Assembly: GCA_016191105.1 (NCBI GenBank)
Contig: JACPPH010000005.1
Location: 721 to 64,720, forward strand
From: Candidatus Saccharimonadota bacterium
GTDB taxonomy: Bacteria > Patescibacteriota > Saccharimonadia > CAILAD01 > BJGX01
DNA: 64,000 nt
Direction: 5' to 3'
Shown here one piece after another: positions 32,273 through 43,643 of this stretch. The translations under genes were made by a program, and so were the position numbers. The notes under the pieces were generated by a model. It did not search any database, was not told where the DNA came from, and was given only the letters and a program-made list of their open reading frames with translations. Position 1 is the first letter of the stretch. Each line of letters opens with the position of its first letter.

Positions 32273-33414
32273 TGCTTTTGCAGTTCCGGGTGTTGACGAA
32301 GAAGGCGAACTGGATCAGAGCTCGCCACGAACCACAGGCGAAAGAATCGCCGAATGTAGGCGTCATACTCAACTGCGGGCTCAGATGGCATCCGAAACAT
32401 GAACAGGTACACCCGGAAGTACACGTCACGCAAGATCAATGCTGCCTCCGCTCGTTGCAACTCTCGCATCGTCGTAGACCTCTCGCTCAATGGCACGAGG
32501 CCAAACAATCCGGCATCCGCCAAGGCCAATTCGGATGGCACTGTCAGTGCTTCCAGTCCATCCGCCTCTGGCAATACGTAACCGTCGAGGTGAAGACATT
32601 CGTGGCCGGTCTTTCTCGCGAAATCCGAGAACAGACGCCACCGACTAATCGATCGACTGCCGGAACCGGTGATCTCAAAAGACAGCCACTCGACACCATC
32701 AAGCTTCGCAATGATCAATTCGAGTTTGGCGACAAGATGACGAGATATTTCACCTTGTCCGATGCCTGCCACATTCTGGGCCCCGAAGAATCCGACATAG
32801 AGCTGACGACTCTTGCGCAATGCGATCGCCTTGACGAATCCCACCACCTCGTTGCCTGACTTTGCGACTACGAGGAGATGAATTGGATCCTCAGCATCGG
32901 CCATCCATAGCTTGTGCATGGCCCTCATGGTCTTGGGCGAGTATCGCTTGTCGCCGAGCCACACGGCCAGCTTGTCCGGCGATACTCGATCGCAGTCCTC
33001 GATGAGGTCAATGTATTGATGCACGAAGCGGTCTACCGTCGCCGGCCGTCGTGGGTTCAGTACACACCGCACGTGGCGCTTGTACTTGTCGTACATCAGG
33101 TAGGCGAAGAACCCGCCAATCGTCGCGCCCACGATCGCCACCGTCCATGCACCAATTGGGCTCGCTGTTCCATTTGGGTCAGAAGGCGTCTGCGAGGGCT
33201 TCGGTTCGGTGCCCGTCGACACGGCTGAAGACGGCGGATCTTCGCTAGCTATTGCAGTGACTGGTGTTGCCACGCCAAGAGAAACGACGAAAGCACATGC
33301 GCCGAGTACGCAGAGACAAAGGGATCGGACGAGGTCTCGGCAACCCATTCCGCTTCTCCGTACTTCCGGTAGTAGCTCCTGTACGTGCACTCGGGGGATG
33401 GCCCCCACCAACAC
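32269..33414 (-). CDS. Hypothetical membrane protein with possible GNAT-like domain; start uncertain
   Basis: TM segments; HLLVVAKSGNEVVGF; overlaps the methyltransferase start by 4 nt. Confidence 0.6.
   Translation of the reverse strand: MLVGAIPRVHVQELLPEVRRSGMGCRDLVRSLCLCVLGACAFVVSLGVATPVTAIASEDPPSSAVSTGTEPKPSQTPSDPNGTASPIGAWTVAIVGATIGGFFAYLMYDKYKRHVRCVLNPRRPATVDRFVHQYIDLIEDCDRVSPDKLAVWLGDKRYSPKTMRAMHKLWMADAEDPIHLLVVAKSGNEVVGFVKAIALRKSRQLYVGFFGAQNVAGIGQGEISRHLVAKLELIIAKLDGVEWLSFEITGSGSRSISRWRLFSDFARKTGHECLHLDGYVLPEADGLEALTVPSELALADAGLFGLVPLSERSTTMRELQRAEAALILRDVYFRVYLFMFRMPSEPAVEYDAYIRRFFRLWFVASSDPVRLLRQHPELQKQ
32840..32940. repeat. 101-bp sequence with a perfect inverted copy at 35067-35167
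   Basis: cccaccacctcgttgcc...tcttgggcga, base-by-base reverse-complement match. Confidence 0.97.
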
Positions 33415-33695
33415 GGTAGGTAAAAATAGCAGGTGATACCTCGATTCCCCAGTTCAATTATCGCTAGACCCCGGATCGGAGCGTACGCCTGATACTCGAC
33501 TGTCCGCTTCAGAGACCTGACCACTCGCGGAGCCAGCGTCTCGACGACGTCGGTGGCCGCGTCCAAGTGTGCTTCTCGGCCATCCGCAGTCACAGCCACC
33601 ACGTCGAGCGAGAGCGGATGAGCGTCATATCGTGGCAACGTTGTGCTGGCCCGCGGCCGAGGCCGTTGGGGTGACTGCTGCTCCCCCTGCATGAG

Positions 33696-34421
33696 CTAGT
33701 GCGGATCGCCAAGCATCGACCGGATCGAGATCTCCTCCACCACTGCCTGAGGCGAGAGGCTGAGGACGGCAGCCAGCAGTATGCCATGGTCATCCGGATC
33801 GAGAAGGCGCCCTTCCGGGAGTTCCTCGTCTGCCCACATGTCTGTCGCCGTCGCACCCGCCGCAAGATGCGTTACACCGATGTTCTCTCCGACAAGCTCT
33901 TTTCGAAGGTTCTGAGCAAATCCCCGCAGCCCCCATTTCGTGATCCCATAGTGCGCACCTCCCGGATAGGGCTCGAAGCCTGCGGTGGAGCCCGTTATCA
34001 CTATCCTCCTCCGCGTCCCACGCTTCAGAAGCGGGAGCATGCAGTGCGCGATGTCCATGTTCGCCAGTAGATTCACGCGGAGTTGAGTCAGAAAATCGTC
34101 GCTCGCGCCGTCTACCGCGTCACCGTCCAGGTAGATCCCGCCATTTAGCACGAGCACGTCGAGTTGGTCACGATGGGTCGCCACGGCGTCTGCGATCGCG
34201 CGAGGGCTTCCTTCGTCGGCTAGGTCCGCGGATACGCGAAATTGCTTGCATTCTGGGGCCAGCTCGTCCAGCCGCTTGCTTATTGCGTCCAACGCTCGAT
34301 CGGTACGCGCATGAAGAAATATCGCGTCGGCCATCGGCGCCGTCGCACATGCCATCGCGAAGCCGATTCCCCGCGACGCGCCGGTGATCAATATAGAGTC
34401 AATTCGCCTGCTCTCACTCAT
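33696..34421 (-). CDS. Short-chain dehydrogenase/reductase
   Basis: ITGASRGIG, YGITK. Confidence 0.92.
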   Translation of the reverse strand: MSESRRIDSILITGASRGIGFAMACATAPMADAIFLHARTDRALDAISKRLDELAPECKQFRVSADLADEGSPRAIADAVATHRDQLDVLVLNGGIYLDGDAVDGASDDFLTQLRVNLLANMDIAHCMLPLLKRGTRRRIVITGSTAGFEPYPGGAHYGITKWGLRGFAQNLRKELVGENIGVTHLAAGATATDMWADEELPEGRLLDPDDHGILLAAVLSLSPQAVVEEISIRSMLGDPH

Positions 34422-34480
34422 GATCTACTCCTCGTTACCTTCCAATTGTCGCGTAGTCTTACTGCAAATACAAGGTATCA

Positions 34481-35071
34481 CTAGCCGATAAGGCCGCTAA
34501 GCCAGGTTTCCACCGATGTTCCCAGCGAAGGAAGGTGGTAACCGCCTTCCTGAACTACCACCGTTGGGATACCCAAGGCCCCAACTCGAGTGGCGGCGCC
34601 CTCATATCCACCAAGCGTAAGCAGAAAATCGCCAAGTTGATCGTCAACATAGGTATCGAGCCCAAGAGACAGCACCAAGTATGCGGGCTCGAATCGTGCG
34701 ATTTCGTCGCATGCTGCCTTCAGACATTCAAGGTAAGCGGGGTCAGACGTGCCGGTTGGTAGCGGAAAGTTCCTGTTAGCACCAATGCCATCCGATTTAC
34801 CCAGCTCCGTGGCCCGACCAGAGAAATAGGGATAAGCATGGTCTGGATCTCCGTGGATTGAGACATACAACACGTCTCCACGCGTATAGAACAGGTCCTG
34901 TGTTCCATTTCCATGATGGAAGTCCACATCCAAAATTGCTACCCGCTGTCCGCCTTCGCAGAGGAACTCCGCCGCCGCCGCGGCATTGTTGAAATAGCAG
35001 TAGCCGCCGAAACTTGCTCTACCTGCATGGTGGCCGGGTGGACGGCAGAGTGCGTATGCAGATCGATCGCC
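34481..35071 (-). pseudogene. 5'-truncated histone deacetylase / acetylpolyamine amidohydrolase
   Basis: RPPGHHA, GGYCYFNN, DVDFHHGNGTQ, QEGGY; N-terminal part replaced by the inverted duplicate. Confidence 0.88.
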
Positions 35072-35167
35072 CAAGACCATGAGGGCCATGCACAAGCTAT
35101 GGATGGCCGATGCTGAGGATCCAATTCATCTCCTCGTAGTCGCAAAGTCAGGCAACGAGGTGGTGGG
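35067..35167. repeat. tRNA-adjacent inverted duplicate of 32840-32940
   Basis: Last 7 nt (tggtggg) are shared with the tRNA 3' end. Confidence 0.97.
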
Positions 35168-35237
35168 CGATGTAGGACTCGAACCTACGACCTCCTCGGT
35201 GTAAACGAGATGCTCTAGCCAACTGAGCTAATCGCCC
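35161..35237 (-). tRNA. tRNA-Val(TAC)
   Basis: GGGCGATTAGCTCAG..CTCG-TTTACAC-CGAG..GTTCGAGT..ACCA. Confidence 0.95.
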
Positions 35238-35352
35238 TTGTTATTTGGGTGCCCGCAAAAGTTCAGACTTTTGTGGGAGAAGGAACATTAATGCAAGAGT
35301 TACAAATGCAAATTGGTAATTTGTCTTTATCAACTGAAGCATTAAAGTGCTG

Positions 35353-35429
35353 TGGTGCGGGTAGTGGGACTCTAACCCACGGCCTCATCCTTGGCAAGGA
35401 TGCGCTCTAAACAACTGAGCTATACCCGC
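35353..35429 (-). tRNA. tRNA-Gly(GCC) with atypical D and T loops
   Basis: CATCC-TTGCCAA-GGATG; T-loop TTAGAGT; D-loop AGTTGTTTA. Confidence 0.9.
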
Positions 35430-35430
35430 T

Positions 35431-35506
35431 TGGTGGCGCCTGCTGGAATCGAACCAGCGACGCATGGCTCTTCAGGCCATCGCTCTACCAACTGAGCTAA
35501 GGCGCC
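35431..35506 (-). tRNA. tRNA-Phe(GAA)
   Basis: ATGGC-CTGAAGA-GCCAT, GTTCGATT, ACCA. Confidence 0.95.
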
Positions 35507-35776
35507 TTAACGGCCAAAACCATTCTCGCTTTTGGCCGGGCATAAACAACTAAATAACGCAACTTATAATACCAAATTTTTGCACCTTTTTCTACCCCTT
35601 TATAAGATTAGCTATAACAGGTATAATATGGTGGTCTTGAGCTTGCGATTTGCCGCTTTAGTGAACTAATCCGCCGCAAGGCGGATGTTTGATAAGCGAG
35701 AGGAAAAATGAACACGCAAAAAAGTTGAAAATTAAATACTTTTTTGTTTTCAATATCAAGAAGTTTATTTTGACGA

Positions 35777-35850
35777 GGCACGTTGGCCGAGTGGTTAGGC
35801 AAAGGTCTGCAAAACCTTTTACGCCGGTTCGATTCCGGTACGTGCCTCCA
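35777..35850 (+). tRNA. tRNA-Cys(GCA)
   Basis: AAGGT-CTGCAAA-ACCTT, U73, CCA. Confidence 0.95.
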
Positions 35851-35851
35851 A

Positions 35852-35936
35852 GCGCGGGTGGTGGAACTGGTATACACGACGGACTTAAAATCCGTTGCCT
35901 CACGGCTTGCGGGTTCGAGTCCCGCCCCGCGCACCA
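35852..35936 (+). tRNA. tRNA-Leu(TAA)
   Basis: ACGGA-CTTAAAA-TCCGT, long variable arm, ACCA. Confidence 0.95.
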
Positions 35937-35948
35937 AGTAATAATTAA

Positions 35949-37565
<1,617 letters not shown>

Positions 37566-37578
37566 AAAATTTGAAAAC

Positions 37579-37668
37579 TTAAATGGCCGCCCCGGTGCAC
37601 TCAATCCAAGTTGCCCTGAACTGACCCGAGACGGCCATTAAAAAAGACAACTTGTCCGATTGAGAGCA
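37579..37668 (-). ncRNA. Candidate structured 5' leader RNA of recombinase 2
   Basis: Same interleaved two-stem architecture as 25034-25135 with compensatory changes; promoter TTGCCC-17-TATAAT upstream. Confidence 0.65.
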
Positions 37669-37739
37669 AACTCATTATAGCAAAAATTCTTTTTGTTGGG
37701 CAAATCAAATCCGAGACAGAATTAAATCGCACAAGAGCA

Positions 37740-37919
37740 AACCTCGTTTTGGCCAACCGCGAGGCGCGCCTGCGCGCGCCGAGCGGAGAGGATTTACCTC
37801 CACAAAATCAATGGGCGGCACTTTGTGCCGCCCACGATCTGGCTCTCAAAAAGCCGAAAAGTTTTGTCTTGGTGTATTTATACAACCGCGCTCGAACCTA
37901 TTTTAGCAAAAATCTCTAA
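37740..37919 (+). repeat. Inverted intact attP-like copy: 135-bp perfect IR of 36021-36155 followed by an alternative C-terminus YLYNRARTYFSKNL*
   Basis: Base-by-base reverse-complement match over 37740-37874; continuation in frame. Confidence 0.95.
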
Positions 37920-38293
37920 CCGAAACCAATCGCTCCGCCCCGCCGCCAGCCGCCGCAAAGCGGCGGCCTGCCTCGCAGAAAAACCTTCTTTACAATTTTG
38001 ACTTTGCGCGCGCCACTAAAAAATTCTTCTAAAAAGGAAAAGAAAGTTTTTCTGCTCGGCTCCGCGCTCAATCGCGCGGGGCGGCGGGGCTTCGCTTCGG
38101 CTCGGGCGGGGCGGAATTCCCCCCCCACACCCCCCATCCGCCACGCCCTCGCTTCCGGCGGCTATTTTTTCGACGGGCTTGTCTTTTCCTTGTCCCACCT
38201 CCCAGCGCGGAAAAGATTGAGGAGCTCCCTATGAATAGAATACTTGTTGTCCTTTTTCTTTTTGTCTGCTATCATTTGAATGTAGGTTCAAAT

Positions 38294-38611
38294 ATGAAAA
38301 AGAACGAACTCAAAAAGGAACTCAAGAATAAGGAAGCAATTCTCGCGTGTGCGCGAGAATTTAACATGGTCGGCGATCCAACACGCCTGAAAATTTGTTA
38401 TCTCTTGTGCCGCCACAAAGAACTTTCGGTCGGTGAGATTACCGAAGTCGTCGGCGTTTCGGTTTCTGCCGTTTCTCATACGCTTCGTAAGCTCCAAAAA
38501 GCGAATATGGTTGAAAGCCGCCGCGAATTCCGCACCGTTTATTATAAACTTAAGAAATCACCTGTCGTCGAGGTGATGAAAGAAAGAATCACCCATTATG
38601 AAAACATTTGA
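38294..38611 (+). CDS. ArsR/SmtB family regulator (probable mer regulator)
   Basis: GDPTRLKI, VSVSAVSHTLRKL, RTVYY. Confidence 0.9.
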   Translation: MKKNELKKELKNKEAILACAREFNMVGDPTRLKICYLLCRHKELSVGEITEVVGVSVSAVSHTLRKLQKANMVESRREFRTVYYKLKKSPVVEVMKERITHYENI

Positions 38612-40001
38612 CCTTATCATTATCGGAGGCGGAGCCGGAGCATTCGCGGCGGCAATTCGTGCTAACGAACTTAAAGCGAAAACGGCTCTTGTGAATGCCG
38701 GGCTTCCACTCGGCGGCACCTGTGTCAATGTCGGGTGTGTTCCCTCAAAGACGCTTCTTTATGCTGGCGAAATTTTGCACCATGCCAAACATCACGGCGT
38801 TACTGGCGTTGAGCTTGAAGTGAAAAACTTTGATTTTCAAAAAGTCGTGCATGACGAGCTTTCGCTTGTGGAGAAATTGCGCCAAGAAAAATACGAAAAG
38901 GTGCTCAAAAGTTTAGAATATGTAACGGCAGTTGAGGGTAAGGCAAAGTTTATTTCTCAAAACGAGGTGGAAGTGAACGGCGAAACATTGAGTGCGGAAA
39001 AATTTATCATCGCCGTGGGCTCCACTGCCAATGTTCCGCCGATTGAGGGAATACGAGAGACGGGGTTTGTCACGCATATTGAGGCGTTGCGCCTAGAAAA
39101 GCAACCGAAAGAATTGGTTGTGGTCGGTGCAGGGCCGCTTGGCTTGGAATTTGCTCAAATGTTTTCTCGCTTTGGCACGAAAGTAACCATTTTACACCGC
39201 GGCGACTCAATTTTCCCGCACTCTGAAAAAGCACTCACTGATCGCCTCGCCGAAATACTCTCAAAGGAAGGAATAACAATCAAAACGAATGTTGAGATAA
39301 AAAGCGTGCGCAAAGAGGGCGATAAAAATGTTGTCTCGTATCAAATCGGCGAGGCACAAGAGGAAGTATCCGCTGACGAAATACTTTTGGCGGCAGGCAA
39401 AACGCCTAACACGCAAGGACTCCGTCTTGATGTTGTTAGTGTTGAAATAAATAAAGGTCAAGCGGTAGTCGTCAATCAGTATTTCCAAACATCCAATCCG
39501 AAAGTTTTTGCCGTTGGAGATGTTACCAATGGTCCTTTACGGCTTGAACCAACTGCCGGACGTGAGGGAACGCTTGCCGCAGAAAATGCGCTCAAAGGCA
39601 CAACACTTTCGATTGATTACAATGCCGTGCCTTACACCATTTTTACCGACCCTCAGCTTGCCGGAGTTGGTTTCACCGAAGACGAGCAAATGAAGCAAAT
39701 GGGCGTTTGCGCCTGCCGCACCGTTTCGTTTGAGGATGTGCCCAAAGCAATTATTATGCGGCGCACAGAAGGAATGATAAAAATGGCGATTCATCCGCAG
39801 ACAAAACAAATTCTCGGCGTGCATATTCTCGCACCGAATGCTGGAGAACTCATCGCTGAAGCGATGGTATTGGTGAAGAACAAAAACACGATTGACGATG
39901 TGGTGAATTCTCTGCCGATGTTCCCAACACTTTCGGAGGCAATAAAAATCGTCGCACTTTCGTTTACAAAAGATATTTCTAAATTAAGTTGTTGTATATG
40001 A
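38598..40001 (+). CDS. merA: Mercuric reductase without NmerA domain
   Basis: GGTCVNVGCVPSK, PTLSE, C-terminal KLSCCI. Confidence 0.92.
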   Translation: MKTFDLIIIGGGAGAFAAAIRANELKAKTALVNAGLPLGGTCVNVGCVPSKTLLYAGEILHHAKHHGVTGVELEVKNFDFQKVVHDELSLVEKLRQEKYEKVLKSLEYVTAVEGKAKFISQNEVEVNGETLSAEKFIIAVGSTANVPPIEGIRETGFVTHIEALRLEKQPKELVVVGAGPLGLEFAQMFSRFGTKVTILHRGDSIFPHSEKALTDRLAEILSKEGITIKTNVEIKSVRKEGDKNVVSYQIGEAQEEVSADEILLAAGKTPNTQGLRLDVVSVEINKGQAVVVNQYFQTSNPKVFAVGDVTNGPLRLEPTAGREGTLAAENALKGTTLSIDYNAVPYTIFTDPQLAGVGFTEDEQMKQMGVCACRTVSFEDVPKAIIMRRTEGMIKMAIHPQTKQILGVHILAPNAGELIAEAMVLVKNKNTIDDVVNSLPMFPTLSEAIKIVALSFTKDISKLSCCI

Positions 40002-40114
40002 AAAACGACGATAAAACGTTTCTTAAAATCGGGATTATAGGGGCATTTCTCGCTTCGCTCTGTTGTCTCCCCCCTTATTTTGATTGCGTTCGGGGTACAA
40101 AGGAGCAGCATTGA
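39998..40114 (+). pseudogene. MerT/MerF-like mercury transporter fragment, frameshifted and truncated
   Basis: MKNDDKTFLKIGIIGAFLASLCCL then a C-run; LILIAFG continues in another frame. Confidence 0.7.
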
Positions 40115-40622
40115 ACGACGAAGCGACACGAACCACTGAACTCGCTCCGCTTTCTAAAACTTTTGGACTTTAATTTGATTCTCGTGCATTTTTCAAAGCA
40201 CGAGCCCACCAAAGAAGTCTCTCTCGAACCCCATCCGAACAATGTTTCGGCGGGGTTCTTTGATTCGGCTTCCAGGTCGTTCGCGAGGTCGTCGCGTCGG
40301 AGGGTGGCGTACGGCTCCTTCAAGATCGCTCGAACAACACCCTCGGTATCGATGCCACCGCTTTGCGCTCTCTACAGAAGGTCTTCGAGCTTGCTGACCT
40401 CGCTCTTGATCGCGTCGCGGGTGATGGACCAAGCCGAGGCGTTGGAGGTCAGTGTGTTGGACAGCCAGGCGACGCCGAGTCTGTCATTGACACGATCTTG
40501 GCTCCCAGTCGATTGTGGCGCAAAAAAACCGGCTTTACAGAAGTCACTTTCTACTACTTCGACATGATGAGCACCAACTAGCCTATCTACCAAATTAAAG
40601 TTGTTCTGGTATAATCTCATTG

Positions 40623-41225
40623 ATGTTGCAAAAATTCAGTAAAGAGATATTTTCCGATCCAGATGTTCACCACATGAGTATCCCGGAGTTTGTAGCCGAA
40701 CACATGGCAAATAGGCTTAATAACTACGACTCTGCTGTTGAGTTATGCTCTGGAGTGGGCATGCTCTGTGTAATCCTGGCCAAGCAGATTAATCATGTAA
40801 CGGGTATAGATATCAATGCCGATCGCATTAATATGTCTCAAAAGAATGCCGAACTATACGGCGTAAGCAAAAAAACTGGATTCGTCTTGGGCGATGTCTT
40901 AGCCCCAGAGCTTCTAAAGAAGCAATCCGCCGAAGTTGTGATTCTAGATCCTGACTGGAGGGAAGGTGGACCAAAGGGGGAGTTCCCGCCACTTTTAGAA
41001 AAAACCAACCCCAGCTCAAAAACACTGTTTGATCTAGCGAAACGATGGATAGCACCAAATATTGTAATTCGTGCACCAAAAACTATTCCGGTTGATGAAT
41101 TTAACAAATATGGCGCTTGTGAAATTGAGAACGTTATCTGGGACGGGAGTCTTAAGTTTAAGATTGCATACTACACGCCAAACATGGAACAAACTATCGA
41201 GAAAGAGGTAGTCTTTGAAGGATGA
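40623..41225 (+). CDS. SAM-dependent methyltransferase (Tgs1/RsmD-like)
   Basis: ELCSGVG, GIDIN, GD, ILDPDW. Confidence 0.8.
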   Translation: MLQKFSKEIFSDPDVHHMSIPEFVAEHMANRLNNYDSAVELCSGVGMLCVILAKQINHVTGIDINADRINMSQKNAELYGVSKKTGFVLGDVLAPELLKKQSAEVVILDPDWREGGPKGEFPPLLEKTNPSSKTLFDLAKRWIAPNIVIRAPKTIPVDEFNKYGACEIENVIWDGSLKFKIAYYTPNMEQTIEKEVVFEG

Positions 41226-41874
41226 GCAAACGAAGTTAATTTTTTTTGATCTGGACGGCACCCTTACTGACGGTTGTGAGTTTGTGTTTGGCCACGTCTG
41301 GGATTACTTTAATCTTGACCACGAATTAAGCAAAAAACTTATCGCCGACTTCAATGCTGGGCGATTAAGTTATGAGGATTGGGTCAAAGAAGATATCAGA
41401 ATTTTTAAGGAAGCAGGTGTGACTAGAGACGAGATGATTAGGTCGTTTGGTAAGATTTACGTCACTAAAGGTGCCCACGAAGTTTTAGGTGTACTTAAGG
41501 GAGAAAACTATAAGATTTTTGTTGTCTCGGGCGGTATTGATCTGGTCATTTATCATTTATTTCCGCACTGGCAGGAGATATTCGAAGACATCTTTATTAA
41601 CAAGTACATTTTTGACCCGCAAGGAAGCATAGCCGATGCGATCCCCACGCCTTATGATTTTGAGCACAAAGCCACTTGTATACGCGACATGGCCAAGAAG
41701 TATGGGGTTAACATCGATCAAACAGTTTTTGTGGGCGACAATCACAACGATATTCACGCAGCAATAGCAGCCGGCACCTCAGTTGCCTTTAACTGCAAGT
41801 CTGATCAGCTGGTTCAGGTGGCAACTCATCATGTTGAATCGAATGACCTGCGCGACATTCTGCCTTACTGCTGA
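41215..41874 (+). CDS. HAD family phosphatase (SerB-like)
   Basis: FFDLDGTL, VVSGG, K, VGDNHND. Confidence 0.88.
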   Translation: MKDEQTKLIFFDLDGTLTDGCEFVFGHVWDYFNLDHELSKKLIADFNAGRLSYEDWVKEDIRIFKEAGVTRDEMIRSFGKIYVTKGAHEVLGVLKGENYKIFVVSGGIDLVIYHLFPHWQEIFEDIFINKYIFDPQGSIADAIPTPYDFEHKATCIRDMAKKYGVNIDQTVFVGDNHNDIHAAIAAGTSVAFNCKSDQLVQVATHHVESNDLRDILPYC

Positions 41875-41927
41875 TTGCACTATGTCTGCACCGGGCGTAT
41901 AATAACATCTAGATAAAGGAGTAATTT

Positions 41928-42494
41928 ATGATTCTTTGGATTGTCTTAATTTTAGTCGTAGTGGTGCTAGTTTGGCTCTGGGCTACCTACAACGGCCTAA
42001 TCAAATCGCGCAACCGGGCCGATGAGGCACTGAGCGACATTACTGTGCAAGAAAAGCGTCGCCTAGACCTTATTCCCAACCTGGTGGAGTCGGTAAAAGG
42101 CTACGCCAAGCACGAAAAAGGCGTATTCGAAGAGGTTACCAAAGCTCGTAGTGCAGTAATGAATGCTCCAGAGGGCGACCTGGGTAAACGAGCCGAGAGC
42201 GACAACATGCTTAGCGGGGCGCTTAAAAGCCTATTCGCAGTTAGCGAAAACTACCCAGACCTTAAAGCTAATCAGAATTTTATGCAGCTGCAAGAGGAGT
42301 TGGTCGATACTGAAGATAAAATTCAAGCCAGCCGCCGCTTTTACAACGGTAATGTGCGTGACTTTAATACCAAGTTACAGGTTTTTCCAACTAGCCTAAT
42401 TGGTAACATGTTGGGTTTTAAGGCCAAAGATCTTTACGACGTAGCAGACAGCGAAAAAGAAGCTGTTAAGAAAGCCCCCGACGTAAAGTTCTAG
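41928..42494 (+). CDS. lemA: LemA family protein
   Basis: YNGL, RRLDLIPNLV, ENYPDLKA, RRFYN. Confidence 0.95.
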   Translation: MILWIVLILVVVVLVWLWATYNGLIKSRNRADEALSDITVQEKRRLDLIPNLVESVKGYAKHEKGVFEEVTKARSAVMNAPEGDLGKRAESDNMLSGALKSLFAVSENYPDLKANQNFMQLQEELVDTEDKIQASRRFYNGNVRDFNTKLQVFPTSLIGNMLGFKAKDLYDVADSEKEAVKKAPDVKF

Positions 42495-42500
42495 TCCTTT

Positions 42501-43073
42501 ATGATTCTCGCGGATCCAAAACGTCTTATACCCAGCGACAGCTTCGGGGTAAAAGGCAAGAACTACTATTGGAACAATCCCCAGCGATTTGGCATTAGTG
42601 AGCACGAGCTTAAAGACCTAGGAATTACCGATGAGACGGTCTTGGTTGATCTAGACCTCAAAGCACCACTGGCATTGGCAAAGCAGAGGTTGGGTAAATA
42701 TGGCTATACTATCGCAATAGTAGACGGTTACCGCAGCCCCGAACTATATAAAATAGCCCATCGCACTCGCAGCAAAGTAATGGGAAAAGCTAATGCCAAC
42801 GCTTTAATGAATCTCAAAGATATGCCACATGCTAGTGGGCGTGTTGTTGATGTACAGTTAATCGATACAAAAACAGGCAAGGAAGTTTATATGCGTGATT
42901 CCAAAGACAGCATACCGGCGCATTTTGTTGGGTTCTATACTGATAAAAATGATGCCCAAAGCAAAACCTTTCAACGTCTACAGGATTTGTTAGTGAAAAC
43001 CATGTTGAGCTTGGGTTTCAAACTCGGCAGCAAAAAAGAATATTGGCATTTTGAGTTACCACTTGATAAATAA
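42501..43073 (+). CDS. M15 family D-Ala-D-Ala dipeptidase (VanX-like)
   Basis: DGYRS, HASGRVVD, EYWHF. Confidence 0.8.
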   Translation: MILADPKRLIPSDSFGVKGKNYYWNNPQRFGISEHELKDLGITDETVLVDLDLKAPLALAKQRLGKYGYTIAIVDGYRSPELYKIAHRTRSKVMGKANANALMNLKDMPHASGRVVDVQLIDTKTGKEVYMRDSKDSIPAHFVGFYTDKNDAQSKTFQRLQDLLVKTMLSLGFKLGSKKEYWHFELPLDK

Positions 43074-43157
43074 ACGGCTATAAAAAGAAAGAGACCCGCC
43101 CACGAAGGAGCGGGCTTCTTTCGTGAGCGGGCTTGGTTGAGCTAGGCGACCGATCGG

Positions 43158-43523
43158 TCAGACGACGGTGTCGACGAGCTGCTGGAGCTCTTGGCGAGCC
43201 TTCTGCTCGGCCGGTGATCCTGCCAGAGTTGGCAGGTTGTCGTGGATCCAGCTGTCGACGCTCGAGAACCGGACCACCTTCTCGGGCTCCACCAGGTACC
43301 ACAGGCTGTGGCGACCGCCACCCGTTGCACGGCAGAACAGCCTGAGCACGTCCATGCTGTCGTAGGCATGGTTCTTGACGGCAGGCAGCTCGGCGAAGAG
43401 CCTGGTTGTCTCCTCGAGTGAATCGGGGCCAGCGATCAGTTGTCCGTCAGGGTTGGCTTCGGTTCCGCGCGTTCCACGAGTGATCGTGATCTTGTACTCG
43501 TAGACTGCTTGAAGTATTGTCAT
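43158..43523 (-). CDS. GC-rich orphan protein (orphan 2)
   Basis: SD AGGAGG; promoter TTGACT-17-TAACAT (43595-43567); hairpin and U-tract terminator at ~43081-43131. Confidence 0.72.
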   Translation of the reverse strand: MTILQAVYEYKITITRGTRGTEANPDGQLIAGPDSLEETTRLFAELPAVKNHAYDSMDVLRLFCRATGGGRHSLWYLVEPEKVVRFSSVDSWIHDNLPTLAGSPAEQKARQELQQLVDTVV

Positions 43524-43643
43524 GGCGCCTCCTGGGCGTTTGGTGCGGACGGTTTGTCTGGCGCCCATGTTACAATGGCAGATAGCATTAGTCAATACTT
43601 ACAGCTTCATTTTCAGGTTAAAACCAGGTATAATTAGGGCTAC

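Larger units (their letters stand above)
31046..35167. mobile_element. Island 2: GC-rich integrase-less island at the 3' end of tRNA-Val(TAC)
   Basis: Abrupt composition shift; tggtgg at both ends; left end tggtg-N18-tcgaatcc resembles an attP arm. Confidence 0.8.

Noticed and set aside
33249-33692. 147-aa ORF between SDR and the membrane protein
   Set aside because: Overlaps the next ORF by 166 nt with no recognisable motif; may be a remnant.
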